Assembly: GCA_973895155.1 (NCBI GenBank) | Contig: OZ316896.1 | Coordinates: forward strand, 7,697,278-7,761,277 | Reading direction: 5' to 3' | Length of the DNA: 64,000 bases | DNA from: Marsupella aquatica | Lineage: Eukaryota; Plantae; Marchantiophyta | Shown: piece by piece, positions 14,187 through 25,983 of the stretch | Layout: each line of letters begins with the position of its first letter | Position numbering within the stretch: position 1 is the stretch's first letter | Made by a program: the position numbers and the translations under genes | The notes under the pieces: generated by a model | Databases searched by the model: none | Seen by the model: the letters and a program-made list of their open reading frames with translations, nothing else | What the model was told of the DNA's origin: nothing

Positions 14187-15272
14187 TCATAAAACATACT
14201 CATCATTGAGTAAATCAGCTTCTCCATCAGCCCTAGCCACATTTGCCGATGAAGTTTCCGCTGCCTTTCCCTTACAGTCTCGCTTGAAGTGTCCAACTTG
14301 GTTGCACTTCCAACATGTCACCTGCCTCCTCTGAGGGGATTTACCCTTGGACTTAGATCTGGATTTAGATCTAAACTGGGTTCTACGGTCCCCAGTTGGT
14401 CGCTGCATACTCCTCCCACGGTTAACATTGAGGGCAGCACCAGATGATGAAGGCTGTGACGTGATGTGCATCTTCTGCTGAAGATCATCACTAAGCAGAG
14501 AACTTACCACGTCATTGTATGAAATGGTATCCCTATCACGATGCAACAACACTCGTGATAGGGACTGGTAAGATGGAGGCAATGAACTAAGAAGCTGCAG
14601 AGCCTTCGTCTCATCATTCAAAGTCTCCCCAAGGTTTTCCAAGTCAACAACCATGTCGTTGAAAGCATCCACATGGTCTTGCAACTTCGTACCAGATTCC
14701 TTCATCCTGAAACTCATCAGTTTGTAGGAAGTGTAGAGCCGGTTCGACAACTCCTTGCGGTGATACTTGCTCTGCAATTCTGCAAACAAGGACATGCAAT
14801 CCTTATGTGCACCCAACTGCTTGATGATGGGAGGCATGAGATAGAGTGTAACACACCACACTCCTTGCTCTTGCATGCGGTCCCATTGTTTCTCATCAAC
14901 ATCGTCTTCACGAGGGCTCAGCAGTTGGCCCATCCCTGACGCATAAAGCACTCCCTTCACCTGCTTCTCCCATAGCAAGTAGTCAGAGCGCCCATCATAC
15001 TTTGTCACTTCATACTTGGGTCCCCCAAGCTTGAAAGTCCCCATCTTCTTCTTTACCGTGAGCTCCGGTAGTAGTACTGCTTCCTCCACCACACGCCGCA
15101 CCGGTGATGGTATCGGTGTCACGTGCTCTTCCTCCTGCTCCTCTCTCTGCCCCTGAAACCTCCGCGGTGATCCTCGTGCTTCAAGTTCCACGTCTTCGAA
15201 AAACTCCTCCGAATCACTTGTCAACAACGAATGTTGATCAATTGCACTTGGTGCCATCACAAAGTCCAACAA
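14187..15272 (-). CDS. gag: Copia Gag
   Basis: YDGRSDYLLW, LLSSLPPSY and CCHC knuckle CWKCNQVGHFKRDC. Confidence 0.9.
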   Translation of the reverse strand: MLDFVMAPSAIDQHSLLTSDSEEFFEDVELEARGSPRRFQGQREEQEEEHVTPIPSPVRRVVEEAVLLPELTVKKKMGTFKLGGPKYEVTKYDGRSDYLLWEKQVKGVLYASGMGQLLSPREDDVDEKQWDRMQEQGVWCVTLYLMPPIIKQLGAHKDCMSLFAELQSKYHRKELSNRLYTSYKLMSFRMKESGTKLQDHVDAFNDMVVDLENLGETLNDETKALQLLSSLPPSYQSLSRVLLHRDRDTISYNDVVSSLLSDDLQQKMHITSQPSSSGAALNVNRGRSMQRPTGDRRTQFRSKSRSKSKGKSPQRRQVTCWKCNQVGHFKRDCKGKAAETSSANVARADGEADLLNDEYVL

Positions 15273-15638
15273 GGTAATTGATTTTGCTTAGCCTTCCTCT
15301 TTGCATCAAAGAGCCAATCCCGGACTCAAAAACAATCGTCTTGCCTCAATCTCTCCGTTGAGTCAAAACACTTGACGCTTCTCCCTCCGAGTCGATTGCC
15401 AACTTTCTTCACAAAATCCAGAATGACAAAAACTTAGATCTCTCTGCACCACGAGCTCCGTTCAACGATTTCTTCACACCGTTAGAAACCTCTTGCCCTG
15501 ATCTATCCGTTGAGCCCATAAACTCCAAGTTCCATGCGATGGAACTCTGGAAAATCCACCAACACTCAATGCTGGAAAAACCGTCATGAAATCCCGTCAC
15601 GAACACACATCACCTCCCAAGCATGCTCTGATACCAAT

Positions 15639-16113
15639 TGTTGAGCATAGACGACGATCGCAACGGCAAGCCCATGAACCATCCAACGCACAATAGTCGA
15701 CACAAGAGATACGTGGTTCACCTCCTTGAGGCTACGTCCACGGGAACACACAAGAGAGCTTTACTGAACTCTAAGCCTGTCGGCTATACCGAGTCTCCAC
15801 AGTGTAAGCTCTCCCTATCTCTCAAGTGGCTCCATAACAATGAGCCTTGGTTCTACCTCTCCAAGCACACATGCCTCTTATGATATAGTGTGCAACTTAG
15901 TTGTACCTAACCACATAGTTGTACCTAACCACATAGTTGTACCTAATCACGTAGTTGTACCTAACCACATAGTTGTACCTAATCACGTAGTTGTACCTAA
16001 CCACATAGTTGTACCTAATCACGTAGTTGTACCTAACCACGTAGTTGTACCAACCCACGTTGTTGTACCAACCACGTCATACCTAACCTAGACGTAAGAG
16101 TAAATACCCAACA
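15639..16113 (-). repeat. 5' LTR of copia element
   Basis: Same length as the 3' LTR with only a few substitutions; adjacent to the PBS. Confidence 0.95.
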
Positions 16114-17264
16114 AAATCCAGTCATTAGACTGATATGACTTTCCATATGACAGTTTTAATGACCCTGCTTTTAGTCATTGATATTTATGACAGGCCATTG
16201 CTCACATATGACCCAATAAAGGCCCTAGTACCTCCAACTAAAGCCAACTTTAGATTCCTTGCAAGATTGGAATATTCCTCTTCCCTATATCCGCACCCAC
16301 ACCATACTGAGAAGCACGACTCCCCTGCCCATTCCATTGGTGCAGCACCACCTCTTGGAGAACCCAAAAACAACTTTTATTTGCCTTTGTATGTGATGGT
16401 GTGCATGCATGGCAACACTTTTGGCAAATCACTCCAAAGTCGTACGACTTGGGAGTGATTTCCCCAAAGGTGCATCATGCCTTAAGGAAACACAAAAACT
16501 TGTGTCCAAAGTGTTTATGTCGCAACTAGTGGTTGGACAATGATGAGTATAGTGTCCCGCACGCAGAGGAGGGGTTCTCACCTCTATGTGGGGCCCATGG
16601 CACTCTAGGGCCCACCTCAAGCCCCTAGCCCCAAAATGGTCATTTGTGCTTTTCCTTAATGACTACATAAGGGACCCCTCAAATGATCACAAATCCAGTC
16701 ATTAGACTGATATGACTTTCCATATGACAGTTTTAATGACCCTGCTTTTAGTCATTGATATTTATGACGGGCCATTGCTCACATATGACCCAATAAAGGC
16801 CCTAGTACCTCCAACTAAAGCCAGCTTTAGATTCCTTGCAAGATTGGAATATTCCTCTTCCCTAAATCTGCACCCACACCATACCCTAAAAGCATGACTC
16901 CCGCCCATTCCATTGGGGCAGCACTACCTCTTGGAGAACCAAAAAACAACTTTTATTTGCCTTTGGATGTGATGGTATGCATGCATTTATTTGCAAATTA
17001 AAATATTCCCCGTCTAAACACCGGCACAAACATGACACAATTACAACAAAGCATGACAACCTTCCATTGGTATTGCCCTACTTCTTGGAGAGACAAAAAG
17101 GTTTCATTTGCCCCATGGATACGATAGTATGCGCGCATCTATATATGATGACACTTCTGGAAAATCACTCCAAAGGTGTATGACTCTACAATTATGATAG
17201 GTGTCTGGAATGACTATTGAGTATTTTAATCTTCATATCTCTTGGGTTCTTTAATGACTCTATA

Positions 17265-17790
17265 AGTAGTCATTTATGTAATAAGTCCATAATGACTGTA
17301 TGTTATTGTAAACATTGATATATCCTGATTTTATGAGTCCCTATATTCGCATCCCTATATTTAGTCATTTATGCGACAAGTCCATAAGGACAGTATGTTG
17401 TTGAAAACACCGATATATCCTAATTTCAAGATTGACTGTGGAGTTAGTCATTTATGAGAGAAGTCCATAATGACGGTATGTTCTTGTAAACACTGATATG
17501 TCCTAATTTCAAGATTGACCCTAGAGTTAGTCATTTATGAGAGAAGTCCATAATGACGGTATGTTCTTGTAAACACTGATATGTCCTAATTTCAAGATTG
17601 ACCCTAGAGTTAGTCATTTATGAGAGAAGTCCATAATGACGGTATGTTCTTGTAAACACTAATATGTCCTAATTTCAAGATTGACCCTAGAGTTAGTCAT
17701 TTATGGCATAAGTCCATAATGACAATATGTTGTTGTAAACACTGATATATTCTCATTTTCAGATTGACCCTAAATTTTGTCATTTAACAC
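17265..17790. repeat. 83-bp tandem repeat near the CACTA-1 terminus (about 6 copies, outer ones degenerate)
   Basis: GAGTTAGTCATTTATG at 17441, 17524, 17607 and 17690. Confidence 0.9.
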
Positions 17791-18162
17791 CGTTGGTTAA
17801 AATGACGATAATACATTTTTTGTCATTTATCACCGTTGTCCAAAATGATGCAAATAGATTTTTTGGTTATTTCAGTCATTGTCCAGAGTGACTATAATGT
17901 TGCTAAACACTGATTTATCATTGTTGTTATTAATTGTGTCATTTAAGACATGTGTCTAAATTGACCATTTAGGGAAATTGGGTCATTTTGGTCGCATCAG
18001 TCATTATAGACATTATACAAAATGACGAAAAAATTAACATTTTGTCATTTCAGTCTATTGGTCATTGTGGACAGTCATTCCCCCGTCATTCTTTTTGTGT
18101 CATTAAAACTTTTGGTCATTTATTCATCTCTGTCATTGGGTGATTGGTCATAAAGGGCCCTG

Positions 18163-18175
18163 TTTTCTTCTAGTG
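18163..18175 (-). repeat. CACTA terminal inverted repeat (CACTAGAAGAAAA)
   Basis: Matches the En/Spm-type TIR CACTACAAGAAAA at 12 of 13 positions; the ATGAC-rich region ends abruptly here. Confidence 0.85.
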
Positions 18176-19289
18176 TAAAAAAGGACTTTGTCTCCTTCCG
18201 TTCTAAATTTCTCACCCTTCCCCTAACATAAATCTGAGTTTTCATTTTCTTAAGGCATTGGCTGAACTTGTGGGAGCTTTCCTTACAAACATTGAATCTT
18301 ATAGAGGTTGCTATATGGCTGAACTTGTGATGAGGGGCCAAAAAAAGGGCCTATAATAATGTCTACAATACTTTGTCAGTGCCATGTGCCACATGTTTCA
18401 AATGTTGGACCTAGGCCCTTATATTGCCACTTATATGGACCATTGGCACACTTTATGTCACATCATGATGACTTACATGGGGAGAGTTTTTAACACATTT
18501 TCCTGCTTTTAAGGTGAAGTTTTAAGGGTTTTTGAAGAGGAGGGGCACAAAAGCATTGGTGAGCCAGGGGTCATTTTGCTTTTTACAACTCTATTTTCTT
18601 TTCTTTAGGGGGGGGGGGGGGACATCACGCACTTAGTATATATTATTACATAAATATGAGAAACATAAAAATAAGATTGGAAATGATTATCATTTCCTTG
18701 CCAAATCCTGTGAAACGCGACCAAACATACAGCTAGGCAGGCGTTTGGTCACTATCATGCAAGTATGCATCTGTTTAGGAAGCAAATGACCCTTGAGACT
18801 ACAAATGTTTCCACCATTGTAGAGCAAAAGTATTACAACTACGCCGAACCGTCTTAACACAATTAGTTTGAAGACCCCTTGGTTATGTAAGTTTTGTTGG
18901 ACCATGACAAGATGGAAAAAGATCTCGTGTATACTCCCAAGGAGAAGAATAAGTACATGCGGCTTGAAGGCCGTTGCCCTGAGGCAGTTATCCTAACTGA
19001 GTTAGGTAGAACTCTAGTTAGGCAAGTAGAACTATGGTAAGTAGGTTTAACCTGGGTTACAACAAGTTTGATATTATTCAAAAACTAAGTTAGAACACAT
19101 GAAGAGTACGTTGCATATTGGAATGATTATGGTTGGAATATGGAGATGAGAGGAAAAAACGAGTAGATTATTCATGGAAGAAGTGCATGCACAACTTTTC
19201 ACCAATAGTATTGATCAATGTGGCTGCATGCAGTGCTTCCAGGGATTTGGATGCAACTTCCCATGGGGGTCTGTAACTACTCTTCTTCT

Positions 19290-19795
19290 CAACACACCCT
19301 AAACCCTAAGGCTTGCGCACATATATGCATGCATGCATATATGGAAGGTTAATTGATTTAAGGATGAAACATGGAGGGGGGGTCACTTCCACAAATTAAA
19401 TGTTGACGTCATGTGCAAATGATCAAAGTAAGGGGCCTTTTATTCATTACCCTTACCCTAAACCCTAAGACTTGCGCACATATATGCATGCATATATGGA
19501 AGGCTAATTAATTTAAGGATGAAACATGGAGGTAGCTTAGGGTGGGGGGGGGTCACTTCCACAAATTAAATGTTAACATCATGTGCAAATGATCAAAGTA
19601 AGGGGCATTTCATTCATTACCCTAACCCTAAACCCTAAACCCTAAGACTTGCGCACGTATATGCATGCATGCATATGTGGAAGGTTAATTAATTTAAGGA
19701 TGAAACATGGATGTAGCTCAGGGTGGGGGGGTCACTTCCACAAATCAAATGTTGACATCATGTGCACCAAAGTAAAGGGGCATTTCAGTCATTAT
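19290..19795. repeat. Three copies of a 160-180 bp unit starting with AACCCTAA
   Basis: CCCTAAACCCTAAG(G/A)CTTGCGCAC...GGTCACTTCCACAAAT at ~19297, 19456 and 19633. Confidence 0.85.
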
Positions 19796-21315
19796 TTGTA
19801 AGGAAGTGCTTAGATTTAGCGATGAAGTAAGGGGATAACAATTCAAAAAGTATCACTTTTCATCACACAATTCATTGGTTGCCACATGTCAATAAATGAT
19901 TGGTGGGTTTTGTGACCTTCCTATTCCTTTTTGAGAGAGTGATTAAATCAAACATGCATGTTCGCACATGCATGTATACAACAAGTTCATAAGGTGAACT
20001 TGGGAGGTAGCTAGGTAGCTGGCAATTGTCTCAGTCCCTTAACAATAGAACTTATAAAGTGCCAACTACAAGCTAGACTTTGGGTCTAGGCTCCTAGAGT
20101 GAAACCTCTAAATTAAACTGGAACTCCATGGCTCATCATGTGGATGAGAAAACTCATGACCAGTATGTCAAATAATAAGCATGTATGCCATTTGTCATGA
20201 TTTATACGTCCTCTCCACTATTCATGTTTGTGCAAAGAACGGGTAGTGAAGCTAGGCTAGCTAGTATGATATGTCAATGGAAGTGTGGTGCGTCCCATGG
20301 CTCCCTAAACCCAAGAAACCCCTCTGCTCAAGCCGATTCCCGTAGGTTTTGCTCTTGGCAAGGCCAATTTCGCGGCTTAGCGGCATGGGACGCTGCTAAC
20401 TTCCCTCTACTACTATTACTATTAACATTTTACTCACATATACTGGACAGATCCTTCATCGGGTCATGAGATACGTAGCCTGCCTATTCTAGGCCTTCCC
20501 TTGTCCTCCTCTCTCGGTTTTCCTTTAGGTATGTTTGGATTCCGCCGCCGGAATGATCCCCAACTGGCTTGGGTAAGCTGCTAAGACCTCTCTCAACTTG
20601 ACACATCCAACTCTTACTACCTTGCTTACTCCCTTCTTGGTTGATGTGGGCAATCTTCAAACAAGTTAATGCAACACACAAATAGCAAAATGACTCCTTC
20701 TGATTGAGTTATACCATGCACTTGCCATACAAACAGTACTTCTCCTATACAAGATTTGCGAACTAAGTCGTGAGGCCAACTCTATTCATCTCTTAGGTAT
20801 GAGGAAACATGAATATACACAAGGGTCACAGTATAACTAATCGAGAGCTTCTTTAACTACTTGATCCCAGCCCTGCTGGTGCACTAAAAACTTGCTAAGG
20901 AAGAAGGCCCTGAACTCCCCGCTGCCCAGGTACTTATCCTGGTAGTGGATCCGCCTAATTCCTTGCAGGGTAAGCCTAATCTACCTAACTATAATCTACC
21001 TATGTACAGCAAGGCAGGAGCACAAGTGTTGCTCTTACTAGTGGATCCGCAATCCCACTAAGCTAAGTGTCAGGGCCGCCCCTTGGTCCTGATCCTAATT
21101 CTAAACTTGGAGATCTGAGCCCGCCCTGCCCACTCACGCCTCCTCCCTCCACGTCCGCCCTCCTAAAAAGGAGCGGCCCTCCACCACCGTCATGGCAGCG
21201 GTGTCTGGTCCTCAATGGACGCCCCCAACACTTCCTCCGCAGCCACTACCATAGGTCCGTCCTCTGACAGATTACCTGCTCCTGACCGAGTCAACTCTCC
21301 ATCGGCCTGACTGGG

Positions 21316-24300
21316 TGTGGTGCGTCCCATGGCTCCCTAAACCCAAGAAACCCCCCAGCTCAAGCCGATTCCCGCAGGTTTCGTGCTTGGCGAGGCCGTT
21401 TCCGCGGCTTAGCGGCATGGGACGCTGCTAACCTTCTACTACTACTATTAACATTTTACACACATATACTGGACAGATCCTTCATCGGGTCATGAGATAC
21501 GTAGCCGGCCTAATATAGGCCTTCCCCTGTCTTCCCCTATCTTCCCCTCCGTCTTGTTAGGTATGTTTGGATTCCGCCGCCGGAATGATCCCCAATAGGC
21601 TTGGTTAAGCCGCTAAGACCTCTCTCAGCTCGACACATCCAACTCTCACTCCCCTGCTTACTTTCCTTCCTTCTGGTAGATGTGGGCACTCTTCACACAA
21701 GTTAATGCGACACACAAATAGCAAAATGACTCATTCTGACTGAGTCATACCATGCACTTGCCATACAAACAGTACATCTCATACACAAGTTCTGCGAACT
21801 AAGCCGTGAGGCCAACTCTATTCAGCTCTTAGGCATGAGGAAACATGAATATACACAAGGGTCACTGTATGACTAACCGAGAGCTTCTCGTACTACTTGA
21901 TCCCAGCCCGGCTGGTGCAAACTAAAAACTTGCTAAAGAAGAGGCCCTGAGCTCCCCGCTGCCCAGGTACTTATCCTGGTAGTGGATCCGCCCTTCTTTG
22001 CATCGTAAGCCTAATCTACTTAACAGTAATCTACTTGCCCGAATCTACCTATGTACAGCAAGGCAGGAGCACAAGTGTTGCTCCTACCAGTGGGACCGCA
22101 ATCCCACTAAGCTAAGTGTCAGGGCCGCTCCTGGTTCTGATCCTAATCCTAAACGTGGAGATCCGTGCCCGCCCTGCCCACTCACGCCTCCTCCCTCCAC
22201 GTCCGCCCTCCCTAAAAGGAACGGCGCCCTTGCACCGTCACGACACCGGTGGTGGATCCTCAATGGACGCCCCCAATACTTCCTCCTCAGCCACTGCCGT
22301 TGGCCCGCCTACTGACAGATTACCTGCCCTTGACCGAGTCAACTCTCCATCGGCCTGACTGGGTCCACCTTCGGCTTCAGCCTCGACACCGGCCTCGGCA
22401 ATACCCACGGCTTCGGCCTCAGCCACTCCCACGGCTTCGGCTTCAGCCACTCCCACGGCTTCGGCTTCCCCTTCCCCTAGGGTAGTTGGATCCTTAGCCG
22501 TGACCCTGTCTGGGGTCGGTGCTGGGTCTACCTCCTTGATCACCACGGCCTATGAAGTCGTATTACTCCTTGACCCTGAAGGTTTCCGCTTCTTCTTCGT
22601 TGGTGGCTCGGCAGCTGGTCCCTTCCCCTTCCCACTTACCTCCGGCACTGGTGTAGGTGGCGCGGCTTGTCCTTCGGCAATTACCACCCCTGGTAACTGG
22701 TTTGTCCCAACAGGAGATGGACCTGCTGCAGCTAAGCATTTAAATACTGCGGCTTGTTTCTTCAGCCGCTCTGTTTGGTTGTCGGCCCGCCGCTGTAGGT
22801 TCTCCATCTTCCTCGTGATTTCCTCCAACTCCTCTTGGGTTTCATCCAGGTCCTTACGTGCCCCCTCCAGCTCGTTTTTGGCCTCCTCCTGCTCCCTGTG
22901 GGCTTCCTCCAATTCCTTCTTCAAGGTAGCCCTCTCCTCCTGGGTTGCTCTTAGCTCCTTGTCGAGCTCTGCAATGATGACAGACTCCATCTGGTTCATC
23001 TTGGCGTAAGTCTGTTCGAGCATCTCGTCCTTCTCCCTTAGGTCGGCCTTGAAGCTGGCCGTCAGGGACGCAAGCTCCTGCTGCAGCGCCATAATCCCTT
23101 GATAGGATTTCCCTAACTCGACCTCCTTCTGCTCAAGGGCTCCGCGGATTTTCTCGAGCTCCCCTTTCAACGCCCATTCCTTTCTTTGGGTCTCCGCCAT
23201 GGCCCGGCTGTTGGCTGTTATGTGGGCCTCCTCTGTATTCTTCAGCTCTTGCTTCCACTTTTCCCTTTCTTTGATCGTGTCGGCCAACTCTTCCTGCGTC
23301 TGAGTCAGTTTATCCTTGATATTCTGATTATCAGCCTGCGCGGAGTCCAACTGCCCCTGCATGATGTTCAGCTCATGTCGTTTAATCCGCAGTTCATCTT
23401 GGGCTTTCTTGGCCGCCCTTAGATCTTCAATCTCGGCTTCCATCCTCCTAAGCCGCCGAATGACCTCGTCCTTCTTGCTTCTCTCTAAAGCCACCGCTTC
23501 TTCTAATTGGTGCTTCTCCAACTGCTCCCTATGGAAAAAGGGTCCTACCTCCAACTCCTCTCCAAAGATGCCGAGCGCAAGTTCCCCACACATCTCACCA
23601 TACTCCATGGCTCTATTCTTAGCGTAGGTGGAGTAAGTAGAAGTGATCGGCATCGCCCATCGTGGCCTCTGCTCCCAAGCCGTCCTGCGGATCTCTTCAA
23701 TCGTGGCTAGAGAGGTTTGCTTCCTTTTTCGGCTAGCCGCCTGATGTCCTCCGGCCAATCTCCTCCTGGTAAATCCTTTTCCTTAGCCAGGGCGGCCTCT
23801 TCCTCCTGCTTGATTCGCTCCTGAAATTCCTGCACCGTCTGTTTTATGCCGTCGAAGCTCGGGGGAGCAACATCTGGTGGGGGAGACTCAGGGCTACTCT
23901 GCTGGTTGGGGTCCCCTCGCACTACCCTTGGAAGTGTGGGGACAAACCGGCCACAGGTCCTTACTCCTGGAACGTGATGGTCCGACCCATAGCCGGAATT
24001 ATCATGGCTGCAGTCCTCCACTGCCTCCTCTACCTCTTGGACGTCCGGCTTCTCCCTCTCCTCTTCGTTGGTAGGAGCTTCAGGCAATTCTGCCTCACTT
24101 TCGGAGCTTGAGGTTCCCACGTACATTCGAACACCTGGCTTGGATTCCGGCCTGATTCTCTCCTTGTCTCCAGCAAAGGGGTTTTCTCTTGTGAGCCGGT
24201 GTAGGCCTACCTCTGTAGTAGTGTCCTGCATTGTTGCCGTTGCCGTTGTTGTTGCCGATGCCGATTTCTTTTCTTTCTCCAGTAGTTTCAGCAGACTCTG

Positions 24301-25978
24301 CATGCCTGGTTGCTGCATCGGCAAGTCTTCCTTCCTGGGCCTAAACACCTGCTCGATCGTAGGACTAACAGGTGGTTGAGGCTTCTCAGCCAACGGCCTC
24401 GGCGTTGGAGCTTCCTCGGGTGCCCTTACCTGCAGGGGAAGTACCGGGGCAAAAGTCTGACCTCTGGCATACCGGCACAACAGCGGCATGTGATAGCCAA
24501 GCCGCGACACGCTCCCCATGCCGATTACCTGCTGCTCCTCCTTTAAGATCTTCTTCAATTGGTTGAGGAGGTACCCGTTGTAGTCCCGGCTTGGGTCTGG
24601 CCTTTCTGCCAGATAGACCTGTGCTTTGCCGATCTCTGCCCTCGGCAAGTTACAATGCATGGTCACCCGCAAGAAGTCGATCATCTCTCCTATGTGCGGG
24701 TTGGTGCAGGTGTTCCGGAAGAAGCCATTCTTCGTTGATGGCCCGGGGAACGACCGGAACTCCTTGTCAGGCAAGGTCTTCCTGGTATCAACTTTGGTCT
24801 TATTGCCCATCGGCAAGCCAAACACTTCGGCAATCACCTTGGGAGTAAGATAGAAATCCTTCCCATATATCCTCGTGCAATTGGTCTCGGGTTCCCATGA
24901 CCCCACGAATTCTAATAGGTCTGACTCCGGTACCTCCGGCTTCAGCCATGGTAATCTTACAAAGGCCTCCAAGCCGGATCCGGCCATGAAGCCTTGGTAC
25001 TTCTTGGTCTGCATGGCCGTAAAGCATGCATCCTCCTCCCGTGCAAAATGTAGTTGCACCTCCACCGGTAGGGTTGCCGCCCAGCCCTTCCAGGTGTCAT
25101 CCCTGGTTGGAATGGCCTTGATGGGATCGACCTCCTCCTCTTCGGCTTCTCCCTGCCTCCTGCTCTGCTGCTCGGCTGGCTTCTTTGGTGCCGCCGACCT
25201 TGTTCTTTTTGCCGGGGTGGCTTCATCGTTGACGGCTCCCTTCCTCTTCATCTCTGCTGCCGTGGAGGTTTCTCCTAGCACCGTTGCCCGGGTCCACCTT
25301 TCCGTGCTACCCTTTAATTCCCAGTGTATGTCGTTGCAGTTCTTGATGGCCTCTCGGATGCCGACGACGCTGTCTTTGCAAAACAGAAGATCGTCGAGTT
25401 GATTGGAAGTAGGCGTCCACAGGAACTCGTCCTTGATGAGTTCGCCTCCTAAGAAAGCCGTCTTCTGCAGCTCCCACAATCGAGCGAGTTCCAGCCGTTC
25501 TCGAGCTGCCCTTTCTGACTCCTCGTCCTCGTAAGTCTTGATGTACTCAGTTGCCCGTTCGAACAGGCATCCCCAGAAATGTGCCGCTTGATTGACGTTG
25601 CTCATACCCTCCTTAGGTTGATCGTCGGTATCTACTCTCTCCTCGAGTGCTTGCCTAAGCAGCTGACAGTAGTTGGCCTCCCGTAGTCGTCTGCCTAGTT
25701 TGTGCTCGCAAATGAGCCACCATCTCCTGCAAGCGCTCCTTACCCCTCTCCTCTGCCGGTCCTTCTTCCCGTTGATCCTTCCTAGCCGCCGACGCTTAAC
25801 GCGCCCTAACCCTAATCGGGTTTTCACCCTCAGCCTTACCTCCGGCCTCTGCCCGGGTTCCATGGTTGCCCCTAATTGTTTATATTTTCCTTGTTTTGTC
25901 ACTATACTAAGGTGTTCCTAGGGTGCCTTCCTGCTTTACCCACTTAACCGGCCGAGTGATTCCTGTCTAGGCATCACA
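21316..25978 (-). mobile_element. Younger solo LTR, 4663 bp
   Basis: TG...CA termini, perfect TSD CTGGG (21311-21315, 25979-25983), same length as LTR 43339-48001. Confidence 0.95.
22238..25605 (-). pseudogene. LTR-encoded PMD-like/coiled-coil ORF (inner solo LTR copy)
   Basis: The 731-aa, 402-aa and 102-aa ORFs join into one protein after removing a 2-bp insertion near 23710 and a TAG at 22550; the junction is continuous in the 44401-45855 copy. Confidence 0.85.
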
Positions 25979-25983
25979 CTGGG

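Larger units (their letters stand above)
10248..16113 (-). mobile_element. Full-length Ty1/copia LTR retrotransposon (Tnt1/Tork-like)
   Basis: 475-bp LTRs TG...CA at 10248-10722 and 15639-16113; TSD AAATC (10243-10247, 16114-16118); tRNA-iMet PBS TGGTATCAGAGC (15625-15636); PPT next to 10723; gag-PR-INT-RT-RH order. Confidence 0.97.
6750..17200. repeat. About 578-bp tandem array in the CACTA-1 subterminal region (about 8 units), interrupted by a copia insertion
   Basis: Marker CACTTTTGGCAAATCACTCCAAAG at ~7091, 7671, 8236, 8812, 9390, 9967 and 16416; the last equals 9967+578 after removing the copia and one TSD. Array edges are approximate. Confidence 0.9.
1..18175 (-). mobile_element. CACTA/En-Spm DNA transposon CACTA-1 (other end outside window)
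   Basis: Terminus TTTTCTTCTAGTG at 18163-18175 = reverse complement of CACTAGAAGAAAA; dense ATGAC/GTCAT subterminal repeats leading up to it; Transposase_21-type coding sequence at 1-1623. That all of this is one element is inferred, since the other TIR and TSD are not visible. Confidence 0.8.

Noticed and set aside
19290-19650. Interstitial telomere
   Set aside because: Only 2-3 adjacent AAACCCT units embedded in a larger repeat.
25606-25902. Arg-rich N-terminal extension of the 731-aa ORF
   Set aside because: Overlaps the TATA/telo-box region and is poorly conserved in the older LTR; probably leader sequence.
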